A stretch of 64,000 nt of DNA from Escherichia coli (GTDB taxonomy: Bacteria > Pseudomonadota > Gammaproteobacteria > Enterobacterales > Enterobacteriaceae), in the NCBI RefSeq assembly GCF_003334785.1, contig NZ_QOWV01000013.1; one strand, 5' to 3'. Made by a program: the position numbers and the translations under genes. The stretch's first letter is position 1. Each line of letters starts with the position of its first letter. The notes under the pieces were generated by a model, which did not search any database, was not told the DNA's origin, and saw nothing but the letters and a program-made list of their open reading frames with translations. This document shows positions 54,746 to 64,000 of the stretch, piece after piece.

Positions 54746-55513
54746 ATGCGACATCCTTTAGTGATGGGTAACTGGAAACTGAACGGCAGCCGCCACATGG
54801 TTCACGAGCTGGTTTCTAACCTGCGTAAAGAGCTGGCAGGTGTTGCTGGCTGTGCGGTTGCAATCGCACCACCGGAAATGTATATCGATATGGCGAAGCG
54901 CGAAGCTGAAGGCAGCCACATCATGCTGGGTGCGCAAAACGTGGACCTGAACCTGTCCGGCGCATTCACCGGTGAAACCTCTGCTGCTATGCTGAAAGAC
55001 ATCGGCGCACAGTACATCATCATCGGTCACTCTGAACGTCGTACTTACCACAAAGAATCTGACGAACTGATCGCGAAAAAATTCGCGGTGCTGAAAGAGC
55101 AGGGCCTGACTCCGGTTCTGTGCATCGGTGAAACCGAAGCTGAAAATGAAGCGGGCAAAACTGAAGAAGTTTGCGCACGTCAGATCGACGCGGTACTGAA
55201 AACTCAGGGTGCTGCGGCATTCGAAGGTGCGGTTATCGCTTACGAACCTGTATGGGCAATCGGTACTGGCAAATCTGCAACTCCGGCTCAGGCACAGGCT
55301 GTTCACAAATTCATCCGTGACCACATCGCTAAAGTTGACGCTAACATCGCTGAACAAGTGATCATTCAGTACGGCGGCTCTGTAAACGCGTCTAACGCTG
55401 CAGAACTGTTTGCTCAGCCGGATATCGACGGCGCGCTGGTTGGTGGTGCTTCTCTGAAAGCTGACGCCTTCGCAGTAATCGTTAAAGCTGCAGAAGCGGC
55501 TAAACAGGCTTAA
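54746..55513 (+). CDS. tpiA: Triosephosphate isomerase (255 aa)
   Basis: [53 protein letters not shown].. Confidence 0.97.
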
Positions 55514-55522
55514 GTCTGACAG

Positions 55523-55545
55523 GTGCCGGATTTCATATCCGGCAC
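55523..55545. terminator. Bidirectional terminator hairpin between convergent tpiA and cdh
   Basis: gtgccggatttcatatccggcac. Confidence 0.6.
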
Positions 55546-55567
55546 TTACTTTCCTTAACTCTTCGCC

Positions 55568-56323
55568 TTAACGCAAAATCTCACACTGATGATCCTGAAT
55601 TTCCTCGGCTGAAGCACGGTTAAGCGTCAGTAGATTTCGTTGTGTCGCCAGCAATACAAATGAGTTATCACTCTGCCGTACCATCGCCAGCCCGTAGCGT
55701 CCCATATGTTCCCGCGCCTCAGGTACTTCTTCTGCCAGCATCATAAATGGGCTGCGTTGTACCAGTTCGCTTTCCGTTACCCGACGCGCCAGGTATTCAT
55801 GCCCGCGCAAACCACCTGGCAGTGGCAACCAGCGGCTGCTGATGTTCGCCAGATTGTTATCCAGCTGTTTGCGCACATCAGGACGAATACAAGAGATATG
55901 AATATGAAAATGGTTTTGCGTACGCCCGGTGCGGGAGTTGATCGCCAAAGAAACCGCGCGATCGGGAACCGGCTGGCCGTATTTTTTGCTCATAAAATCA
56001 CGCGCCTGCCAAGCCAACCAAAAGAAGTTCGGCGTTGAAGGATCGGTCAACAAAGGACTTTCAGTACCGTTAATACGATACGTTGGCATCAACAGATATT
56101 GCAGTGGGCCATTAAGATCTTTTAAAACCACGTATCCGGCATTGGGTTTGACTTCCGCACATGGCGAAGGATTTTGATTTTGCTGCTGATTGGGCAAACA
56201 TTCCTCAAGGACAATCTTACGTAATGTATCCGACTCTTCACCGGTTAATTTCCAGTAACCAATACCGGCAGCCACAACGGCGATAACTATCATCACCAAA
56301 AAAAGAAGACCCGCTTTTTTCAT
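55568..56323 (-). CDS. cdh: CDP-diacylglycerol pyrophosphatase (251 aa)
   Basis: ORF contains [66 protein letters not shown]..; annotated start internal to the 315-aa ORF. Confidence 0.9.
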
Positions 56324-56429
56324 CTTTTTTTCCCTGTACCTCAAAGAGATGCAAGGGTAACGCAAAATCGTGACAAATAAAAAACCCGGTCGCGAGAAAC
56401 CACCGGGTTTGATAATTATCCTGGGGAAA

Positions 56430-57419
56430 TCAGCGTTTGCTGATCTGATCGAACGTACCGCCGTTAGCAAAATGCTCTTTTTGCGCTTTCGTCCAGCCGC
56501 CGAACTCTTCATCAATGGTGAATAACTTCAGCTTTGGAAACGCATTTTCGTACTTTTTCGCCACCTCAGCGTCGCGCGGACGGTAGTAGTTTTTCGCGGC
56601 AATTTCCTGACCTTCTGGCGAGTAGAGATATTTCAGGTAGGCTTCCGCCACCTCTTTAGTACCTTTTTTCTCGACCACTTTATCGACCACCGACACGGTT
56701 GGCTCTGCGAGGATAGACTCACTCGGCGTGACGATTTCGAATTTATCTTTCCCCAGTTCATTCGCTGCCAGCAGAGCTTCGTTTTCCCAGGCAATCAGTA
56801 CATCGCCAATTCCGCGCTCGACAAAAGTGTTAGTGGAGCCACGCGCGCCAGAATCCAGAACTTCGACGTTTTTATACAGTGCCCGAACAAAATCCTGTGC
56901 TTTTGCCTGATCGTTGTTGTTGTGATGCAGCGCGTAGCCCCAGGCTGCCAGGTAGTTCCAGCGCGCGCCACCAGAGCTTTTCGGATTAGGCGTGATCACC
57001 GAAACACCCGGTTTAATCAGATCGTTCCAGTCATGGATCTGCTTCGGATTTCCCTTACGTACCAGGAAAACAATGGTGGAAGTGTACGGTGCGGAGTTAT
57101 CCGGCAGACGTTTGATCCACTCTTTATCAATCCGCCCGCGTTCCGCAATTGCGTCCACGTCATAGGCCAGAGCCAGCGTGACAACATCAGCTTCAATACC
57201 GTTGATTACCGACGTCGCTTGTTTACCTGAGCCACCGTGTGACTGACGAATCACCACGTTATCACCAGTTTGCTGTTTCCAGTGGGCGCTGAATGCCTTG
57301 TTGTACTGTTCGTACAATTCGCGCGTTGGATCATATGAAACGTTAAGAAGCTGAATATCCTTTGCCATAACGCTGGTTGCCGCCAGCAAAAATGTTAACC
57401 CTACGCCCCACTTGTTCAT
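56430..57419 (-). CDS. sbp: Periplasmic sulfate-binding protein (329 aa)
   Basis: [68 protein letters not shown].. Confidence 0.94.
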
Positions 57420-57584
57420 CGCCCGACTCTCTTATGTTGTGTTGTGATGAGCAAAGCGTGCCAGAAGGTTAACCAAACATTAAAGAATAAAAAAAGATTG
57501 GCTATAACTTGCGGGTATATGTTGAGGGATTAAAAAGGCGGAAGAAATCCGCCTCATATTGCTGACAAAGTGCGCTTTGTCCAT

Positions 57585-57692
57585 GCCGGATGCGGCGCGA
57601 ACGCCTTATCCGGCCTACAAAAGTTTGCAAATTCAATAAATTGCAGAATTCATGTAGGCCTGATAAGCGAAGCGCATCAGGCATTTTTGCTT
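57585..57692. repeat. RIP/BIME-1-type element in the sbp-pfkA spacer (inverted relative to the copies at 28366 and 38205)
   Basis: tgccggatgcggcgcgaacgccttatccggcctaca..tgcaaattcaataaattgca..gtaggcctgataagcgaagcgcatcaggca. Confidence 0.8.
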
Positions 57693-57738
57693 CTGTCATC
57701 GGTTTCAGGGTAAAGGAATCTGCCTTTTTCCGAAATCA

Positions 57739-58701
57739 TTAATACAGTTTTTTCGCGCAGTCCAGCCAGTCACCTTTGAACGGACGCTTCATGTTTTCGA
57801 TAGCGTCGATGATGTCGTGGTGAACCAGCTGTTCGTTCTGGATACCTACACAACGACCGCCGTAACCTGCCAGCAGCAGATCGATAGCGTAAGCGCCCAT
57901 ACGGGAAGCCAGAATACGGTCGTAAGGCACCGGAGAACCACCGCGCTGGATGTGGCCCAGCACAGTTGCGCGGGTTTCACGACCGGTTTCTTTCTCGATG
58001 AAATGCGCCAGTTCGTCAACATCACACATATGTTCGGTAATCGCCACGATCGCGTGTTTTTTACCTTTCGCGATACCCGCTTTGATTTCGTTTACCAGGT
58101 CTTCACGGCTGAATTCAACTTCCGGAACCACAACGAATTCACAGCCACCGGCAATGGCCGCAGCCAACGTCAGATCTCCACAATAACGGCCCATCACTTC
58201 CACCACGGAAATACGCTGGTGAGAAGAAGAGGTGTCACGCAGACGGTCGATCGCTTCTACAACGGTGCTCAGCGCAGTGAAGAAACCGATAGTGTAGTCA
58301 GTGCCTTTGATGTCGTTGTCGATAGTGCCCGGCAGACCGATGCACGGGAAGCCCATTTCGGTCAGACGCATTGCACCCATGTAGGAACCGTCACCGCCGA
58401 TAACCACCAGCGCGTCGATACCACGTTTTTTCAGGTTTTCGATAGCCACGGCGCGGATGTTCTCGTCGCGGAATTCCGGGAAACGCGCAGAACCGAGGAA
58501 CGTACCGCCACGGTTGATCATGTCAGACACGCTGTAACGGTCTAGCTGTACCATACGGTCTTCATACAGACCCAGATAGCCGTCATAAATACCCATTACT
58601 TCCAGACCTTCTGTCAGCGCAGAACGAACAACCCCGCGAATTGCGGCGTTCATGCCTGGCGCATCACCGCCGCTTGTCAACACACCGATTTTCTTAATCA
58701 T
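57739..58701 (-). CDS. pfkA: ATP-dependent 6-phosphofructokinase I (320 aa)
   Basis: ORF contains [58 protein letters not shown].. Confidence 0.96.
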
Positions 58702-58881
58702 GACTACCTCTGAACTTTGGAATGCAAAATGAAATCTGTTGCCGGAAGTCTTCTTGCACATCGAAGTGATCCAACGAATGTGCAAATAGTATAACAATCA
58801 CTTCCTGCTGAATTGATTCAGGTCAGGCCAAATGGCGGTATTTTATACACAAAATGCGGGTCTGGCTCTCTTTTATACTGA

Positions 58882-59784
58882 TTATGAAAGCATAGACCGT
58901 TTACCCTCCCTGGGTACGACGGAACAGGGGTCCTGATGGATAATTACATCCGATCCCGGAAAACGCCGTAAAATAGCCTGCTCTACCTGATCCGCCACCA
59001 TATGTGCCTGAACCAAAGGCAGAGAGTCTTCCATTTCCAAATGAATCTGAATAAAGCGGGTCGGCCCTGACTGCCGCGTGCGAAGATCGTGAGCGCCGCT
59101 AACACCCGGCCAGGAAGTCACGATATCAATAATTTCTTGCCGTTCCTCATCAGGCAATGCGCGATCCAGTAATGACTGTACCGCCTCATATCCCATGCGT
59201 AACGCGCTATATAAAATATAGATGCCGATTCCCAATGCAAACAGAGCATCGGCGCGATGCCAGCCGTACCAGGACAACCCCAGCGCCAGCAGAATTGCGC
59301 CGTTCATCATAACATCAGACTGGTAATGTAGCATATCAGCCCGCACCGCCTGGCTTTGCGTCCGCCGCACCACCCAACGCTGAAACGAGACAAGGATAAT
59401 CGTACAAATTAGCGCCACAATTGTCACGATAACCCCGACGCCTGGATCTGTCATCGGTGTTGGAGATATCAGATGTTGAATACCCGTCAAAAACAGGAAT
59501 AGTGCCGAACCGGAGATAAACATACTTTGCGCCAGCGCCGCGAGGGACTCAGCTTTACCGTGACCAAACGAGTGATTATCGTCGGCAGGTTGCAGGGAAT
59601 ATCGCACCACCAATAAATTCGTCAACGACGCGCCGATATCCACCAGCGAATCCACCAGCGCGGCGAGAATACTCACCGACCCGGTATACCACCATGCAAA
59701 AATTTTAATCAGCAATAGCAGCGAAGCCATCGCCGTCGCAGCAATCGCCGCCCGACTGACCAGCCGTCCATAAGATTGATTCAT
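58882..59784 (-). CDS. fieF: Cation diffusion facilitator Fe/Zn efflux transporter (300 aa)
   Basis: ORF contains [81 protein letters not shown]. Confidence 0.93.
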
Positions 59785-59865
59785 AAATACTCCCGCTATC
59801 AACTGACGCTAGTATAACGGAAGCAAATCATCTGCAATGCATTAAGCAGCAGGCAAATTGAGGAT

Positions 59866-59923
59866 AAAAAAAACCCCCACAGCATGTGGGGGAAGACAGG
59901 GATGGTGTCTATGGCAAGGAAAA
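59866..59923 (-). ncRNA. cpxQ: CpxQ small RNA, processed from the cpxP mRNA 3' UTR
   Basis: Minus strand reads UUUUCCUUGCCAUAGACACCAUCCCUGUCUUCCCCCACAUGCUGUGGGGGUUUUUUUU, ending in the cpxP intrinsic terminator, just downstream of the cpxP stop. Confidence 0.75.
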
Positions 59924-59932
59924 CAGGGTTTA

Positions 59933-60433
59933 CTACTGGGAACGTGAGTTGCTACTACTCAATAGCTTCAACGATGAACTTTTTTGCCATTGCGTCACGT
60001 CACGCAACTGCTCCATTCGTTGTTGATGTTTCTCGTTTAAAACCGCTTGCTGCTCCGGCGTTAACAGGCGATACATTTGGTTGCGGACTTTTGCCATCTC
60101 AACCTGACGAGCAATTTGCTCATTCGCCATTTTTTCTGCCTGTGCGCGCACAGCGTTTTCATCAAAATTTTCTGCGGTGACAAGGCGATGCATTGTCTCC
60201 AGTTCGCTAACATTAACAGGAGGCTGTTCGTGCCGGGCCTGTTGCATAAGATCTCGCATCTGCTGACGCTGATGTTCGGTTAAACTTATGCCGTCGAACA
60301 TATGGCTCTGCGTACTGCGCTGCGTAAGTTCTTCACCCGGATGCCAGTTATCGCCTGAACCGACTTCAGCAGCGTGGCTTAATGAACTGACTGCCAGCGT
60401 TGAGGCCATGACGGCAGCGGTAACTATGCGCAT
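59933..60433 (-). CDS. cpxP: Periplasmic Cpx pathway inhibitor/adaptor CpxP (166 aa)
   Basis: ORF contains [70 protein letters not shown]. Confidence 0.94.
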
Positions 60434-60512
60434 CATTTGCTCCCAAAATCTTTCTGTCGCGATTCAACGATAGAGAGTTTACGATTCAGGCTGCAAACAT
60501 GCGTCAGGGGGT

Positions 60513-60527
60513 GTAAAACAACGTAAA
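60513..60527. promoter_or_regulatory. CpxR-P binding site (GTAAA-N5-GTAAA) in the divergent cpxP/cpxRA control region
   Basis: GTAAAacaacGTAAA matches the CpxR box consensus exactly. Confidence 0.75.
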
Positions 60528-60582
60528 GTCATGGATTAGCGACGTCTGATGACGTAATTTCTGCCTCGGAGGTATTTAAACA

Positions 60583-61281
60583 ATGAATAAAATCCTGTTA
60601 GTTGATGATGACCGAGAGCTGACTTCCCTATTAAAGGAGCTGCTCGAGATGGAAGGCTTCAACGTGATTGTTGCCCACGATGGGGAACAGGCGCTTGATC
60701 TTCTGGACGACAGCATTGATTTACTTTTGCTTGACGTAATGATGCCGAAGAAAAATGGTATCGACACATTAAAAGCACTTCGCCAGACACACCAGACGCC
60801 TGTCATTATGTTGACGGCGCGCGGCAGTGAACTTGATCGCGTTCTCGGCCTTGAGCTGGGCGCAGATGACTATCTCCCGAAACCGTTTAATGATCGTGAG
60901 CTGGTGGCACGTATTCGCGCGATCCTGCGCCGTTCGCACTGGAGCGAGCAACAGCAAAACAACGACAACGGTTCACCGACACTGGAAGTTGATGCCTTAG
61001 TGCTGAATCCAGGCCGTCAGGAAGCCAGCTTCGACGGGCAAACGCTGGAGTTAACCGGTACTGAGTTTACCCTGCTCTATTTGCTGGCACAGCATCTGGG
61101 TCAGGTGGTTTCCCGTGAACATTTAAGCCAGGAAGTGTTGGGCAAACGCCTGACGCCTTTCGACCGCGCTATTGATATGCACATTTCCAACCTGCGTCGT
61201 AAACTGCCGGATCGTAAAGATGGTCACCCGTGGTTTAAAACCTTGCGTGGTCGCGGCTATCTGATGGTTTCTGCTTCATGA
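60583..61281 (+). CDS. cpxR: Envelope stress response regulator CpxR (232 aa, OmpR family)
   Basis: MNKILLVDDDRELTSLLKELLEMEGFNVIVAHDGEQALDLLDDSIDLLLLDVMMPKKNGIDTLK.. Confidence 0.96.
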   Translation: MNKILLVDDDRELTSLLKELLEMEGFNVIVAHDGEQALDLLDDSIDLLLLDVMMPKKNGIDTLKALRQTHQTPVIMLTARGSELDRVLGLELGADDYLPKPFNDRELVARIRAILRRSHWSEQQQNNDNGSPTLEVDALVLNPGRQEASFDGQTLELTGTEFTLLYLLAQHLGQVVSREHLSQEVLGKRLTPFDRAIDMHISNLRRKLPDRKDGHPWFKTLRGRGYLMVSAS

Positions 61282-62651
61282 TAGGCAGCTTAACCGCGCG
61301 CATCTTCGCCATCTTCTGGCTGACGCTGGCGCTGGTGTTGATGTTGGTTTTGATGTTACCCAAGCTCGATTCACGCCAGATGACCGAGCTTCTGGATAGC
61401 GAACAGCGTCAGGGGCTGATGATTGAGCAGCATGTCGAAGCGGAGCTGGCGAACGATCCGCCCAACGATTTAATGTGGTGGCGGCGTCTGTTCCGGGCGA
61501 TTGATAAGTGGGCACCGCCAGGACAGCGTTTGTTATTGGTGACCACCGAAGGCCGCGTGATCGGCGCTGAACGCAGCGAAATGCAGATCATTCGTAACTT
61601 TATTGGTCAGGCCGATAACGCCGATCATCCGCAGAAGAAAAAGTATGGCCGCGTGGAACTGGTCGGTCCGTTCTCCGTGCGTGATGGCGAAGATAATTAC
61701 CAACTTTATCTGATTCGTCCGGCCAGCAGTTCTCAATCCGATTTCATTAACTTACTGTTTGACCGCCCGCTATTACTGCTGATTGTCACCATGTTGGTCA
61801 GTACGCCGCTGCTGTTGTGGTTGGCCTGGAGTCTGGCAAAACCGGCGCGTAAGCTGAAAAACGCTGCCGATGAAGTTGCCCAGGGAAACTTACGCCAGCA
61901 CCCGGAACTGGAAGCGGGGCCACAGGAATTCCTTGCCGCAGGTGCCAGTTTTAACCAGATGGTCACCGCGCTGGAGCGCATGATGACCTCTCAGCAGCGT
62001 CTGCTTTCTGATATCTCTCACGAGCTGCGCACCCCGCTGACGCGTCTGCAACTGGGTACGGCGTTACTGCGCCGTCGTAGCGGTGAAAGCAAGGAACTGG
62101 AGCGTATTGAAACCGAAGCGCAACGTCTGGACAGCATGATCAACGATCTGTTGGTGATGTCACGTAATCAGCAAAAAAACGCGCTGGTTAGCGAAACCAT
62201 CAAAGCCAACCAGTTGTGGAGTGAAGTGCTGGATAACGCGGCGTTCGAAGCCGAGCAAATGGGCAAGTCGTTGACAGTTAACTTCCCGCCTGGGCCGTGG
62301 CCGCTGTACGGCAATCCGAACGCCCTGGAAAGTGCGCTGGAAAACATTGTTCGTAATGCTCTGCGTTATTCCCATACGAAGATTGAAGTGGGCTTTGCGG
62401 TAGATAAAGACGGTATCACCATTACGGTGGACGACGATGGTCCTGGCGTTAGCCCGGAAGATCGCGAACAGATTTTCCGTCCGTTCTATCGTACCGATGA
62501 AGCACGCGATCGTGAATCTGGCGGTACAGGTTTGGGGCTGGCGATTGTTGAAACCGCCATTCAGCAGCATCGTGGCTGGGTGAAGGCAGAAGACAGCCCG
62601 CTGGGCGGTTTACGGCTGGTGATTTGGTTGCCGCTGTATAAGCGGAGTTAA
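61278..62651 (+). CDS. cpxA: Envelope stress sensor histidine kinase CpxA (457 aa)
   Basis: MIGSLTARIFAIFWLTLALVLMLVLMLPKLD.. HAMP, H-box SHELRTPLTRL, ATPase domain; ATGA overlap with cpxR. Confidence 0.96.
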   Translation: MIGSLTARIFAIFWLTLALVLMLVLMLPKLDSRQMTELLDSEQRQGLMIEQHVEAELANDPPNDLMWWRRLFRAIDKWAPPGQRLLLVTTEGRVIGAERSEMQIIRNFIGQADNADHPQKKKYGRVELVGPFSVRDGEDNYQLYLIRPASSSQSDFINLLFDRPLLLLIVTMLVSTPLLLWLAWSLAKPARKLKNAADEVAQGNLRQHPELEAGPQEFLAAGASFNQMVTALERMMTSQQRLLSDISHELRTPLTRLQLGTALLRRRSGESKELERIETEAQRLDSMINDLLVMSRNQQKNALVSETIKANQLWSEVLDNAAFEAEQMGKSLTVNFPPGPWPLYGNPNALESALENIVRNALRYSHTKIEVGFAVDKDGITITVDDDGPGVSPEDREQIFRPFYRTDEARDRESGGTGLGLAIVETAIQQHRGWVKAEDSPLGGLRLVIWLPLYKRS

Positions 62652-62667
62652 ACTTCGCATTTGCAGG

Positions 62668-62746
62668 CAGGATAAGGCGTTTACGCCGCATCCGGCATTT
62701 GAGCAGGATGCCTGATGCGACGCTGATAGCGTCTTATCAGGCCTAC
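62668..62746. repeat. REP pair in the cpxA-yiiM spacer
   Basis: ggcaggataaggcgtttacgccgcatccggca ... gcctgatgcgacgctgatagcgtcttatcaggcctac. Confidence 0.8.
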
Positions 62747-62756
62747 ACTCCGGGGG

Positions 62757-63431
62757 TTATTTTCCCCACAACCGGCGGGAAAAATCTTCGATCTTGCCGC
62801 TCAGTCGGCGCTTTTGCATCGTCCGCGTCCAGCTTTTCGATAACCCGGCAGCGGAGAGTAAACGGTGATATTGATCGTCATCAAACGGCATATGCCATGC
62901 GATGGCGGCAGCCTCCTGCACGGTCACATCGCTGACACGGGAAACCAACTCCAGCGGCGCGTCCGCAGACACTTTCCCTGGCGCTATCACGCTATACAAC
63001 CACCCCACCTTACCTGTGTTTTGCATCAACTGCGCTATATCGCTGATATCAAAATGGTAATTGAGTTTATAGCAAGGCGAGCGCGGCTGGCTGACCTGAA
63101 TTAATGCCTCTCCCCAGCGGAAAATATCGCCCATATAAACATTACTTTCCGTCAGGCCGTCGGTTGAGAGGTTTTCACCAAACGCAGGCGCAACAAACAA
63201 CTCCGCCTGTTCCGGAAATTCCCGCGCCCAGTAGAGATAATGCTCACGAGGATAATGACACAGCGCTCTGTCTGGCCCGCCGTGAACCTTTTTCTCCGCC
63301 TGCTCGTCACCTTCCAGCCCCAGCTCCGTCAGCATCAACTCACCATCAACCTGGATTTTAGCAATTGCGCTGGGTTTGCCTTCGGGATAAGCCTGAATCT
63401 TGCCTGTGTATACATCAACCGGATATCGCAT
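62757..63431 (-). CDS. yiiM: MOSC-domain protein YiiM (224 aa; N-hydroxylated base analog detoxification)
   Basis: ORF contains MRYPVDVYTGKIQAYPEGKPSAIAKIQVDGELMLTELGLEGDEQAEKKVHGGPDRALCHYPREHY.. Confidence 0.9.
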   Translation of the reverse strand: MRYPVDVYTGKIQAYPEGKPSAIAKIQVDGELMLTELGLEGDEQAEKKVHGGPDRALCHYPREHYLYWAREFPEQAELFVAPAFGENLSTDGLTESNVYMGDIFRWGEALIQVSQPRSPCYKLNYHFDISDIAQLMQNTGKVGWLYSVIAPGKVSADAPLELVSRVSDVTVQEAAAIAWHMPFDDDQYHRLLSAAGLSKSWTRTMQKRRLSGKIEDFSRRLWGK

Positions 63432-63579
63432 CTGTTCCCTCTCCACGAGAAATTTCCCCATTAGACCATATTTATTTTATGTCAGGCGTGCTGTTTTCGC
63501 GGTAAGTATCCAGGCAGGAACTCAATAGCAAACCGGACGAACGTTAGTTCATCCGGCTGTGGGGATTAAGGAAGCAGGT

Positions 63580-64000
63580 TTATTTCACCGTACCTAAAAT
63601 TTCGATTTTCGCTGCTCTGGCTTTGACTTTACGTGACCAGATAGAGGTAAGAATTGGCACCAGAATCGAAGTCACAATGACCGCCGTCGCTACCAGCGAA
63701 GTTGCTGCCGGAGCCATCGGTTTAAACGCAGGCACCATTTCTGCAATCAGCACAGGTGTCGCTACCGCGGCCCCTGCGGAACTGGAAGCGGCAATTCCGG
63801 CAGTGCCATCGCCACCGCCAATCAATTTATCGGCGATAATCAACGGAATACCGGTCACGATAATTACTGCCACACCCAACAGGATCCCCAGCAAACCAGT
63901 CTGGGCAATCACAGTCAAATCAATGGTATTGCCCAGCGCGAAGGCAAAGAATGGAATCAGCGTTTGCACCGCTTTGCTGAAAAATTCTCGCAATTCAGGG
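63580..64000 (-). CDS. kdgT: 2-keto-3-deoxygluconate permease, C-terminal part only (gene continues past the window end)
   Basis: Hydrophobic ORF ..[50 protein letters not shown].. ending at a stop at 63580; no start codon within the window. Confidence 0.8.

Overview
This window is a contiguous stretch of Escherichia coli K-12-type core chromosome, running from murI/btuB to the 3' end of kdgT, in reverse-complement orientation relative to the usual reference map. Gene order, spacing and ORF lengths match the known K-12 arrangement gene for gene: murI-btuB, trmA, yijD-fabR, sthA, oxyR/oxyS, argHBC/argE, ppc, eptC, yijO, frwD-pflC-pflD-frwB-frwC, ptsA-fsaB-gldA, yijF, yijE, katG, metF, metLB/metJ, yiiX, rpmE, priA, cytR, ftsN, hslVU, menA-rraA, zapB, glpFKX, fpr, uspD, yiiS, yiiR, yiiQ, tpiA, cdh, sbp, pfkA, fieF, cpxP/cpxRA, yiiM, kdgT (partial). 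I found no rRNA, tRNA, CRISPR array, IS element, integrase or prophage gene, and no inserted gene block; every intergenic gap is accounted for by known promoters, terminators, small RNAs (OxyS, CpxQ), the btuB cobalamin riboswitch, or REP/BIME repeats. I do not see an undescribed system here. The one structural anomaly is a single in-frame TAG codon that splits the glycyl-radical enzyme gene pflD into 280-codon and 464-codon ORFs, inside the cryptic frw PTS / pflDC locus, which is itself the least functionally understood part of the window. All identifications rest on reading the supplied translations and sequence against recalled protein sequences and motifs; no database search was run.
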